64,000 nt of DNA from Camelus dromedarius (Eukaryota). The stretch is from NCBI RefSeq assembly GCF_036321535.1, contig NC_087455.1, forward strand, positions 12,462,001 to 12,526,000, in the 5' to 3' direction. Shown in pieces: positions 38,936 through 50,326 of the stretch. A program made the position numbers and the translations under genes. The notes under the pieces are model-generated. The model was given only the letters and a program-made list of their open reading frames with translations, did not search any database and was not told where the DNA came from. Numbering within the stretch: the first letter of the stretch is position 1; every line of letters starts with the position of its first letter.

Positions 38936-39616
38936 TATGTTGCTCCCCTGCCTCTATATGTCATATAAAATAAAAACAACTCTATTTTAAAATGTTTTTT
39001 ATTTTTGTTTTCTGTTTCTTTCGGGGGTTTTTTTCTTAGAAACTATTTTGTTTTGTTTTTATTTGTTCGCTTTCTAAAAATGTAAGCAACCTTAATCCAA
39101 AAAAAGCAAATAATATCTTTTAGATCTTCTGATCAAAAATTTTGGTCAAGTTCAACAAAACCCAACTTCTCTCATTTTTTCTAGAGGCATTCCTTTACCA
39201 GTACCACTAGCATCAGCTTAGTCGGTCTACCAAGTAATTAAGCGTAAACAAAATACAGTTAAACTACTGGAAAATATCATATTGCTCTATACTGCACAAT
39301 TCACAAATGTCACATACTTTTGATTGTATGCTCCTTGGGGTCAGAAACCTTCATGGTTCGGCCCACAGATTTCTAGTGCAGTTTCTAGTGGCACGTAAGT
39401 GTTTGAACACACATGGATGGGCCAATCTTATTTCATCCTCAGTACATCCCTCTGTGGTATGTAGAACAAGGTTAGAAAACAGATGCCCAGAGGGATTAAA
39501 TGATTGTCCCAAGGTTACCCAAAAGGTGAGCAGTAACTCAGATCACTAGAGCAATGCAACCACACAAGCTGACCCCAAAGTAGACACAAAACAAATAAGT
39601 TTTAATTATTACTTAC

Positions 39617-39773
39617 TCTGAGTTTCCACAAGATCCAAAGCAACACTAGAAGCTGTGTCCATTCCAGAACTGATGCAGGACTGGAAGTTTTTCAAGGAGG
39701 AGAGAGCAGATTCTATACCGCTGAAGGATATAAAACCAGTTGAACCAGAACTTGAACTGGAACGCCCTGGCAT
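39617..39773 (-). CDS. NSMCE2: NSMCE2 first coding exon (157 coding nt)
   Basis: ATG at 39773 reads MPGRSSSSSGSTGFISFSGIESALSSLKNFQSCISSGMDTASSVALDLVETQ. Donor A|GTAAGT at 39616. The 5' exon boundary is uncertain (AG candidates before 39787, 39868 and 39897). Confidence 0.96.
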
Positions 39774-41744
39774 CTTGAAATTATTACCTAAGTTTTCAAA
39801 CACAATGAAACGAGATTTATGAATAAGAATAGTAACTGCATAGGAAAACAGAACCACTGCAAGCATCCCTGTGAATGTATCCAATATCCCCCAAGTGCTA
39901 CACGATTATCTACATGCTATATGCCTTGAAAGGATATCAAAGCATTGTGCGACCATCTGGGCCACCAAACCCAACAGATGCACTTCAATACATAGAAAAG
40001 GTAAGTGTCCTCATTTTTTAAAGGAGGGAGAATACTCTCTTGCAAAAGATTCCTTGATTCTATGAAGAACTGAACAACAGCACAGTTCCTAAAAACCTAA
40101 AATATTAATAGGTCAGAAAAAGTAGAAAATGCTCATATGATACACTTTTTCTAAAAAATGAAAACAGCAGCAATAAAATAGTTCAATCAAGGAGGATTTT
40201 GAAAATTTGTAATTTTTAACTTAATCTGACATACATGCATATTGAATTCTGAAAACTATAAAAAAAAATATTTACTCCTGACAGTTCCTCTGGATTCTAA
40301 CAGACTTATAGACTTGGTGAGATCCCACATCCTGTGTCAGAAAAAAAAAGAAAGTGTCTATATCTTCTGGTAGCTCAACCACTGTAATAGCTTCACTTAT
40401 TACCTTCATATTAAAACACTCCCTAATCTGTATCTTCAACTACCAACTCTTAAAGCTTTGGACTACTTCTGTAAAGATGCCTTCAAAAAGATACCTTGCT
40501 TAATTCAAAAACCACCTGAAATTCAATCCACTGAAACCAACTAGAAAAGTGGAGAGAATGACACAGGCTTAGAGGGAAGTCTGTATGGTAGCAGGAAAAA
40601 TGGGATTTTCTTAGAATCATACAGCCATAGCACGAATTCAGGCTCTTCCACTTTACACTGAGTGACCACGGACAGGTGGCTTCAACATCTCTGAACTGTC
40701 CAGTATCCCTGCCACTTCCATCCTCTCCACTGTCACCACCTTCACCTCACATCTGCATTACTACAGTAGTTTCTCAATTATTGGCCCCCTTTAATTAAAT
40801 TCATTCATTCAACAAATAGGCCTGACAAACATTAGACTCATTAAAAAAAAAGACACGGTATAAAAAAGAGAAGGTCACAGAGAAGATGCTTAAGATGCTG
40901 ATTTCTATTTCTGAGGTATCAGTCTACCACAAACAGCCACAATACAACTCATCATCAACTCAAACCATTCAATTAACAAATATTCAGTAAGTACGTGTTG
41001 GCGCACAGTGTAGAGGGTCTTAACGCAGGATAAAGGTCCAGTTGGACCTGAGGTCTTAAGCTTTATCTGTTTTTTCAAATTTATCTTAAAAATCAAGACC
41101 TGAAGCAAATATGGCAAAATGTTACAGGTGTTAAAATCCAGATGATGTAACAAGGATTCTCATTATATTATCTTCTGGGGACTTCCTGTGGTGTTAAAAT
41201 TTCACACCAAGGGAGAAAGAAGATACGACTATGTATCTGAATGAAAAGCCAATCACGTTGTTTTCAATGTGTGTGTTTTGGTGAAACAGAGTGTTCATTT
41301 ACAATCTCACTTTCTTACACCAAACAAATTAGGACGGTTAACACAATATGAACACGAACATATGCAATAAGATGGTAAATATATAAATTCATAAAAACCA
41401 GGACCAAAAAACAGATTAAAGGAAAACCAAACACATGAGAAAATCAGAATGTTATCATACAAGCTTTAGGATTACACACAGTACCATATCTGTAACTACA
41501 AATTTGGCTGTGAGACTTCCTAACAAGCAAAAACAAAAAGTGAAAATTACAGTATTCTCTTTCTGCATAAAGTACACCAACAACTTAGGAAAAAATAAGG
41601 ATTTCCATGGCAATAAAGGCAGCCTGGGTCATCACATATCAGCTAGAGCCACACTGCAAAATATCCTCAATAATATCCTTGCAATATAGCAATAGTAAGC
41701 TTCCGAGCACTGTTTCTTAGATTATGTCTCAGGGTAAGTGAACA

Positions 41745-42110
41745 ACAGGATACAGGTGGCAGATTCCAGCCCATTGCCCACCAAACCCATCTCCTCTTCA
41801 GCATGGCTGCACAGCTGGACCACAGCCTTCCTTGCAGTTAGGTATAGTTGTGAAACAGGGGCCGTTTCCAGGCCCAGCCCAGAAAAAAACACACTCTCTC
41901 GCCACACTTTCCCATTTGACAGCTTGAAACAGGCAAGCAATGCCTAAGAAGCCACATGCTGAAGATGGAGAATCACCAAATGGAAGGAGCCTAGGTTCCT
42001 ACATCACTGCTCGGAGGAACGCTGCTCACCAGTCAGGCTCCAAGCATGAAAGACACAAAAACTTCAATTGTGCAAAGCCATTTAGATTTGGGGGTATACC
42101 TATTACAAAC
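41745..42110 (+). mobile_element. MLT1I/J-like MaLR LTR
   Basis: aagccacatgctgaagatggagaatcaccaaatggaaggagcctaggttcct motif. Confidence 0.65.
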
Positions 42111-42213
42111 CCACCATTACTCAAAAAACACAATCCTGCAAGGATCAAATGATGGGCCAAGTATTCAGTTTCCCAGTCAATCTTGATTCTAGTGTAAGTC
42201 TAAACTGTCTAGA

Positions 42214-42477
42214 GCAGCATTGTCTACTAGAACTTTCTGCCATGACAAAAATATTCTGTAATCTGCATTGTCCAATATAGAAGCCACTAGACCCGTGTGA
42301 CTACTGATTAGCAGTGATTACTGACAGTCACCATAGCATGACTACCAATGTGGTTAGCATGACTGAGGAATTGAGTTTTAAATTTTATTTAATTTAAAAA
42401 AATTTTTATTTAATTTTAATCAATTTAAATTGAAATAGCCACATGTGCCTAGTGGCTACTACACTGGACAGCACAGT
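42214..42477. mobile_element. MER3 palindromic hAT MITE
   Basis: cattgtctactagaactttctgc...gactgaggaattgagttttaaatttt...gccacatgtgcctagtggctactacactggacagcac. Confidence 0.85.
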
Positions 42478-42503
42478 TCTAGAAACACAATTTCCAAAGT
42501 GTA

Positions 42504-42538
<35 letters not shown>

Positions 42539-42699
42539 CACACAACAATTAGGGGGTAAGCAAGAGGGCGCAAAGCCACAGTATAAACAGGACATATCTT
42601 CCTGGAATATTCGTTTTACTTAAAGATAACATGAAACATGTTTATACTAAAATAAACATCAGCCATGTTACAGAGTAGAATATGGAGGCAATACTAGTG

Positions 42700-43190
42700 G
42701 GGTTAACTACTAAAAAGTCTAGCAAGGGTTAAACATGCAGCCTCTGGAGCCAGACTACATGAGTTCAAAGCCTGATTCTGCCATGTAAGTAGCTGAATGA
42801 CTTGAGGCAAATTATTTGACCTCTCATTTTTCCATTCTGTAAAATGGGAATGATCCAGTGCCTACTTCAACGATACTTAGGAGGACTGAATGAGTTCATA
42901 CACATAATAAAACACTCAGAATAATGCCTGGCATATAGTTTTTTTAAATGAGAGCAGACATTACTATCAACTTCATGATTATAATACTGGGAGCAGCAAT
43001 ACAGAATGGTGCTTCAGTGAATGGACCCTGGACTTGAATGCCTGGAAATTCCCTCTTGTCTACATCACTTAAAACTGCATGGCTCTGGTTAAGTTGCTTA
43101 ATGTCTCTATCTTCAGTTAGCTCCTGGGTAAAAAGGAGATAATCATATCTACTCACAGCATCACTGTAAGGATAAATTAAATTGTGTAGT
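42700..43190 (+). mobile_element. Two tandem MIR SINEs
   Basis: Two successive MIR cores (gacttgaggcaaattatttgacctctc; ggttaagttgcttaatgtctctatcttcagtt). Confidence 0.65.
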
Positions 43191-43344
43191 TTTCTCAAAC
43201 TTGTCTGATCTTAAGAATCACTTGAAATACTAAAAATACAGATTAGTGGATACTACCTCATATCTATTGAATCGGAGTCTCTAGTGGATACTTTGAGGAA
43301 ACTGTACTTTTCTGAAGCACCCCAAATAATTCTCAGTATTAAAC

Positions 43345-43695
43345 AAGTATGGAGAACACTGAGATAATTGTGTCCCCTGCCAAATTCACATGTTTACCCT
43401 AACTCCCAATGTGATGACATTCAGAGATGGGGCCTTTGGGAGAGGATTAGGTTTAGTGGAGCCCTCATGATGGGATCAGTGTCATTAGAAGCAGAAGAGA
43501 CACCAGGGTTTGCTCTCTCTCCATCTTGTGAAGATTCAGCAAGGTGGCTGTCTGCAGACCAGGACGAGAGTCCTCACCAGTATCCAACCGTCCCAGCACT
43601 GTGATTTCTAGTCTCCAAAACTGGGAGAAATAAATTTCTGTTGCTTAAGCCACCAGTCTGTGGTGCTTTTCAATGGCAGCCGGAGTTGACTAAGA
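43345..43695 (+). mobile_element. MLT1A-like MaLR LTR
   Basis: tgtgtcccctgccaaattcacatg...gggcctttgggagaggattagg...aataaatttctgttgcttaagccaccagtct...gactaaga. Confidence 0.85.
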
Positions 43696-44179
43696 TGTAA
43701 TGTATACAAGGATGAATACAATCCAGGATAAATGAAGAGCTACCACATGGTAGCCATCCTTCCTATCTGAATGCAAAATTCACATTACTCCAGGAAAACT
43801 TTCCACTTGCAGAGAGGTAGGAAAACTCCCTCCTGTAATTTTTAAGTATCAAGGGGAAAGATCCAGATAAGGCAGCAGAGAGAATGAATGGAGAGGAAAG
43901 ATGGAATAAATGCACTTCTCCCTGTTTCCCCCACTAAGTGCAGCTAAGCACATAATTCACAGGACAACCCCCCCCCCACAATAAAAAATCATCTGCCCTG
44001 AAATGTCAATAATGTAGTGGTTAAGAAACCTTGGTTTAAACGAACCCCCTCTTGGAGGTTTCCCCAGGTAACAGTGATTGTCTTGTTCTCTGTACCTAGG
44101 GTCTCAAAGAAAGTTTAAAACAAGGCTATGCACTTCCTGAGTTTTTCCCTAGCATGTTGTTGCCTCCCCTAACAGGTCC

Positions 44180-44528
44180 TGTCTTAGTCCTTTGGTGCTG
44201 CTGTAACAAAATACCACAGACACAGTAATTTACAAACAACAGAAACATTTCTCACAGTTCTGGAAGCTGGGAAGTTCAAGATCAAGGCACTACCACAGTG
44301 GCATTCCGGTGAAGGCCTTCTTCCTGTGGTTCACAGCCACGGCCTTCTAGCTCTGTGTCTTCACACGGCAAGGGGGCTCTAAAGATACTAATCCGACTAT
44401 GAGGTTCCATCCTCATGACCTAAGCACCTCCCAAAGGCCCTACCTCCTAAGACCATCATCACACTGGCACTAGGAATTCAACATATAAATTGAGGGGGGT
44501 GTGGGGTTAAAATATTTAGACCATAGCA
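44180..44528 (-). mobile_element. MLT1A-like MaLR LTR (reverse)
   Basis: tgtcttagtcc...gctgtaacaaaataccacaga...cacctcccaaaggccc...accatagca. Confidence 0.85.
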
Positions 44529-44806
44529 GATCTATAAGATTCTCTGTAGGTGGGGCCAGTTATTAGCTAAAAATAAAATAAATAAAATAAAATACTTTTC
44601 TACTCTTCCCTCCACTCATCTTTCTGTACAGCAAGTGGTGAACACAGAGCAAACAATTTAGATACTGTGCTGGCCTCCTTTAAATCCATAAGGGCCTATA
44701 CAAGTTCAGCCAGAGCTGTATCTCCTTCTTCAACATGCAAGGTTACATCTTTCTTTATGAAGCTATCTCTTGTCCAAGGAGCAACTGCTTGTTCTCTTTC
44801 ATGCTT

Positions 44807-44856
44807 GCTCGCTCTCTCGCGCGCGCGCGCTCTCTCCCCCTCTCCCTCCCTCTCTT
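44807..44856. repeat. (CG)6 tract embedded in CT-rich repeats
   Basis: gctcgctctctcgcgcgcgcgcgctctctccccctctccctccctctc; alternating CG at 44818-44830. Confidence 0.9.
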
Positions 44857-45435
44857 GCACTCATACAACTTCCATTATAAAGCTCATCACAACCATTTGC
44901 TCAGATGCCTGCCACTCCTTCACCCTGGCAACAACTTACACTAGAATTCTGACATGTTCTACACAACATAAAACAGCTCATCACACAAAACGGGAGATCA
45001 GTAAAGATTTGGGAGAGGTATATCAATAACAGAAACCACCATTTCCAGGTTCCCTACAGTGTGCCATACACTGGGCCTCTGCGCTTCATTCCCATTATCG
45101 TTAATCCTCAAACTATTTACAGGAGAAAAAAGGAAATGACGCCCAGATAGCTTCTTTAAACGAACTGTCCAAGGCCCCGCTGTGAAAGCCCGCCCAAACC
45201 AGATTTACTTAGGTCAAGAATTCGTGATCTTTGCCCCCACACACTGCTGAAGGATGGAGAGATGGCGTCTCGGAGAGGCAGGTAAACCGCTCCAGCCTCA
45301 TTGCTGTGGCGTGAAAAAGAACCAGAACCATAACCCAGGTCCACCTACTGCAGCTCGGGACACCCGCGGAGCGCCCGAGAGAAAGGCGACACCCTCCGTC
45401 ACCCTCCCCATCGCCATCCCCTGCTCCTGCCTTAC

Positions 45436-45545
45436 CTGGCTGCCGGATCCAGCTCCGTCTGACTGCGCCCTGATTTCCCACACCCGGACCCCGACTCCTT
45501 CCTTAACTCCCTTCCCTCGGTGCAGAAGCGGCGAGCGCGGGCTCA
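45436..45545 (-). other. NSMCE2: NSMCE2 non-coding first exon (TSS approximate)
   Basis: Strong minus-strand donor CAG|GTAAGG at 45436/45435 inside the CpG island, upstream of the coding exon. Confidence 0.7.
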
Positions 45546-45572
45546 GACGTCATCAGTCGTCGCCGGCTAGTG

Positions 45573-45582
45573 GTCACGTGAC
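45573..45582. promoter_or_regulatory. Palindromic E-box GTCACGTGAC (CLEAR/USF type)
   Basis: Exact 10-bp match, immediately followed by GC box GCCCCGCCC. Confidence 0.75.
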
Positions 45583-45607
45583 GCCCCGCCCTGCTCGCCG
45601 CCCCTTT

Positions 45608-45617
45608 GTCATGTGAC
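45608..45617. promoter_or_regulatory. M-box-like E-box GTCATGTGAC
   Basis: One mismatch from GTCACGTGAC; TCATGTGA core is the MiT/TFE and USF variant site. Confidence 0.65.
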
Positions 45618-45629
45618 TGCCGAGGGAGC

Positions 45630-45779
45630 CAGGGGCGGAAGCCGGGGTCTGGCCGGCTTTCTTTAAAGGCCAGCGATAGAAGGGGAGCCCCGCGGAGACG
45701 GAGGGGTGGGGGCCGGGGTGCTGACTCCGCGCGCGACCGCCGGCCCTGCGTGTGCGCCCTGGCGCGGCCGGGGTGACAG
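45630..45779 (+). other. WASHC5: WASHC5 non-coding exon 1 (TSS approximate)
   Basis: Strong donor CAG|GTGAGT at 45779/45780 in the CpG island; no ATG in this interval. Confidence 0.8.
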
Positions 45780-45982
45780 GTGAGTCGAGGCGGTGTGCGC
45801 GCGCCGCATCCTTTCACGTCCCCTGTCCCCTCCCCCTCCCCAGGGCTGGGCCGCGCTGACCTGGGGGGCTTCTGCGGCTTGGGGTGGGGGACCTGGCCGG
45901 GAAGACTGAGGGTTTTCCTGGGGCTGCAGCTCCGGTCCAGGCTCTGGATCGCCACTCATGCGGAAACAATTTTCCACGCCGA

Positions 45983-45990
45983 TTTGGCGC
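45983..45990 (+). promoter_or_regulatory. E2F consensus site TTTGGCGC
   Basis: Exact TTTSSCGC match inside the island; occupancy unknown. Confidence 0.35.
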
Positions 45991-47068
45991 TTTAGGAGGT
46001 GATGTTCAGCTGCTCAGCCCGCGTCTGATCCTTCCAAGTTTCTGGGAGCAGTGGTGTGTGGACGTCGTTAGACCTCCATTTACTCTCGAGAAAACTGAGT
46101 AGCTGATGGGGGCTTTACAATCTGACGGACCTGGGTTTGAATTACGGTTCTGCCAGGAGCTGTGACTTCGAGCAAGACGTTGTTCCTCTCTGCACCTTTA
46201 TCCCCCTACCTATGACATGCCAAAGTCCTTTGCATTTAGAAAAATAGTTCTGAGGGTCCTGATTTATCAAGGGAGGGGGAGGCTTTACTGCCTCTGCCCA
46301 CAACAAGGAACACCTTCCGGTTTTTCTTCTTTTTCAGGATTCATGAATCAGACTAGAGTGATTAGGCTCTTTTCAGAGCTTTTCTAGGAGAAATAATGCC
46401 AATCACTTTTATCTTGACCAACAACCACTATATTTTGTTCCTGATAATGGATTGGTGGAGACCAGTGCTTCCTTTATAGAACTTTTATGAAAGGATAAAA
46501 ATAGAACTACTTCTTTCCTCCTCTGAGTAGGGTAAAAGAATGGCTTGTCCCAGGGCAATTTAATTTCCTTGAGACTTCAGTTCTGTTCTCACTGACTAAT
46601 TGATATGGTGCCATACTTCATTCTTGAAAGCATCTCTTGTCTAGGATTACTTTCCAAAGTAAAAAATCACAATTCCAGGCCAAATTCTTGAAAATGAAAT
46701 TATGACTACTTTTCTGGGTGTCTTGTAGAAAAAAAATTAGGAAATTGAGTGGGATCTCTGGTTTCATTTTATGCCAAATGGTTAAGACAACCTATATTGA
46801 GAAAAGTGGACTTTGTGAGTTTTCTTCATCCCTAACACAAGAACCTCTAAATGGAAAATTTAACATAGTCGCTACTACTGTTTATTTGCACCTCATCCTA
46901 GAGTGATTTTTTTTTCATCCCAACTAATCTAACATCTATAAAACCACCTGCCTCTGAGATTGTTGCAACATGATTAGGCATCTTTAATTATGCTTCGTAG
47001 ATTGTGTTCTTTAGGACCAGTTTTTCAGCCAACAGTGGGGATATTTATCAAATATGCTAGCCAAATAA

Positions 47069-47190
47069 AATTTTTTTAACATTTTTTATTGATTTATAAT
47101 CATTTTACAATGTTGTGTCAAATTCCAGTGTAGAGCACAAATTTTCAATTATACATGAACATATATATATATATATATATTCATTGTCAC
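47069..47190 (-). mobile_element. Short young L1 3' end with internal (AT)n expansion
   Basis: ttttacaatgttgtgtcaaattccagtgtagagcac (same family as 18300-18360); TSD agccaaataa at 47059 and 47191. Confidence 0.88.
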
Positions 47191-47944
47191 AGCCAAATAA
47201 TATTTTGAACGTTGCCTACAGTGTAACTCTTGGGTAAGGATTTAAGGATTAAAATAAGAGACACATAAAAGTTTTGACTTATGTCATTATCCCAGGCCTA
47301 AACATTGTTGATCATGTGCGTGCTCGGTGCTGAATATGTTCATCTGTTTTTGGGAAAGAAAGCAGGTCTTGTTGCTTTGCTTTAAGCTATTTTCTCCATG
47401 GCCACATTGTCCTATCTTAGTATCCAAAATTTGGTAGCAGTTAGACCTGTTAATCGTAGCCTCCCCTCCTCTGAATTGAGTCTAGAATTTCATCCTTCTG
47501 AGAGCTGGGTTAGTTTGATGGTCTTCATCAGACATCAGGTGACTTGTGTTCCCATTTTCTTTTATTTTCTCCCTTTTCTCGTTTCGTTTTCCAAGCCAGA
47601 CCATTTCAGTGGAAAAAGTGGAATGAAATTATCCGAAATTCAGCCTATTAGAGTTCAGTGTTGCTTAACAAGGTTCGCAGAGAGAGCTGAAAAGACTTGT
47701 TAATAATTTACACCTTAACGTGTAGTGTAGAATACCATCATGAGAAAGAATTCTGGACAATTGTGGCTTCTCAGGAATCCCTGCTATGGGACTCGACTCC
47801 CCCTCCCCTCTCTCTGCTTCTTTCCGTCCTGTGCTCATTCACCACCAGCCAAATTCACGACTTTGCTCTTCCTTTGCACATTCCTGTCCTGGGGCCTTAG
47901 TACTTACTTATAACTCCTTCCTGGAATGCCCCTCTCCTAGATCA

Positions 47945-48500
47945 TTATCTATTATTAAATAACAAATTACCCTCAAAACCTAGTGGCTTAAGATAATAAA
48001 TATTTATTGTCTCATTAATGTCTGTGGTCAGGAATCAGCTCTGTGGCTTAGCAGGTGCCTTTGGCTTTGGCTGTTCCAGCCTGTTTGCCCTGGGAGAAGC
48101 CAGTTGGGAGGTTGTGAGAGTGTGCTTAGAGGAGCCCATGGGACAAAGGAGTGAGAAACCTGCCAACCACCCCTTGAATGAGCTGGAAAATGGATTCCCC
48201 CTACCCTAGTTTGTGTTCACAGCTTGACCGCATCCTCCCCAGAGCCCATGAAAGCCAAGAAGGATAGCCAGAAAAAAGAGAGAAATCTCTTCTCTTCACA
48301 TGCCTCTCTCCTTGTCGCAGGAGGAAAAAATATTTCCTGAAAGGACTGCCATAGATTTCTTCTATTTCATTGGTCAAAACTGAGTCACATGTCTCTAGCT
48401 TCATGAGAGGTGGGAAAGTGAGGCTTTGACTGTTTCATCCTCCACAGTAAGAAAGGAGAAGGGTGGGGATTACTGTTGAGGAGCCAACAGTTGCTGCCTC
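47945..48500 (-). mobile_element. MLT1-family MaLR LTR remnants
   Basis: aacaaattaccctcaaaacctagtggcttaag; tcattggtcaaaactgagtcacatg motifs. Confidence 0.55.
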
Positions 48501-49959
48501 AACATCCTAGTAAGTTAGGACATTTCTAAATATTGAATCAATGGTAGAAACTTCCAAAAGAAAGAAGAAAACCTTGAAGGGTTACACAAAGCTTCCAGGT
48601 CATAGATAACTGTACCAGGTAGCTCATGACATGAGTGAACTTTGAAAATGTGCGACAAGCATTAAGGAGTATTTCGCTCTGGCTGCAGAAGAAGTCAGAA
48701 ATCTTCCCACATTCTGGTTTTAAGTACAGTGAGTCGTCATTATTAAAATATTAGTAAACTGACCACGCATGTAAAATTAGTCCTCACTCAGATACTCCTG
48801 TCCAAAACTGTCTATTTGGTCTTAATTCTTGCTGTCGTTGGTCAGCCTTAATTGTAGTATCGTGTTGATAGAGCACAATGCCTGTGCAAAGTGAAAGTGC
48901 AAATGCTGGGAAGTGACAGGCCTTCAGGAAGTTGATAAGTAATTCCAGCTTCCACGAAGTTGACAAATGATGCCCTTGCTAAGCAACAAAGATGGTGATA
49001 TAATCAGCGCTTCAAAAGATAATGATGTGAAAAAGAATTAGGAGAGCCCTGGGGGAAAATGAATGATGCCTTGGAAATTTTTTGAAAAACTTACCATTTT
49101 AAAGATCAGGCTATGAAAGACAACTCTGAAGTACAAAATACTGTATTATCAAAATCACAATTTGGCAAAATCAACTTTTGACGTGTTCTTGGTTTGTCCG
49201 TTGAATTAGTACAGAGTTGTTGCAATTTTACACTAAATTTTGTTCAGGATAAAAGTTATTTTTAGAAGTTTCAGTGCTGTCATTTCAAGATAATTCCTAA
49301 TCAAAACTTTCCCACTCTGTAGTATGAAATATTTGTCCCCACGTTAAAGTCACTCTGTCACATTTCTCAGGCACATATTAGTCTCGGTAACAAGGACCTC
49401 CCATACGTGACATATGAAAAAACACATTTTTAAAGGTTGTTCCCTCATCTAATTCTAGTGGATTTTAGGACATAGTTATCTTTTCCCAAAGGTACAACAA
49501 GGGACACAATTCCTATAAGGAAAATTTAATAATCTGTGCTCAATTTAGGGTACCTTGGAACCACGCATGCCCAGTGGTTTCTTCTCCCAAGCTCACAGAT
49601 CAGCTCCATCAGGTCTTTTCTCATGGGGAGAAGTGAATAAAGAGTTAAGAAAGAGGCCAAGAGTGTTAATATAGCAAAGTCCCTCCACCAGGAAAACATG
49701 AAGAGTGGAAAATAACTCCACTCCCTCCATATCAGAACTCTTTATGTGTTATAATTTTTTAGTGCGTTTGGGAGAAAAGTATTATGTATAAAAGAAAGAA
49801 AAAAATTTTAAATGAAGAAGAAAGAAAAAACAAATATAAAAAACAAGAAAGAAAGAACAAAATATAATTTAAAAATTAATAATAATATTATGTGTGTTTC
49901 ACATGCTTCCTTAAAAAATGGAGATTTTCATGCTTTTTTTTTTTTTTTTCTGGTTACAG

Positions 49960-50326
<367 letters not shown>

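Larger units (their letters stand above)
45170..46080. promoter_or_regulatory. CpG-island bidirectional promoter shared by NSMCE2 (-) and WASHC5 (+)
   Basis: Sharp rise in GC and CpG; divergent donors at 45436 (-) and 45779 (+); GC boxes; GGGGCGGAAG Sp/ETS at 45632; CRE-like AGACGTCA at 45545; no TATA box seen. Confidence 0.92.

Noticed and set aside
39990-40006. Strong + strand donor AAG|GTAAGT antisense to NSMCE2
   Set aside because: No matching acceptor or promoter found; an isolated donor is expected by chance.
45209-46102. Multiple 60-150-aa ORFs over the CpG island
   Set aside because: GC-rich DNA lacks stop codons; the peptides are P/R/G/A-rich and cross the promoter and splice donors.
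48500-49330. Possible Tigger-like DNA transposon remnant
   Set aside because: Composition is suggestive, but I could not define both terminal repeats or a family.
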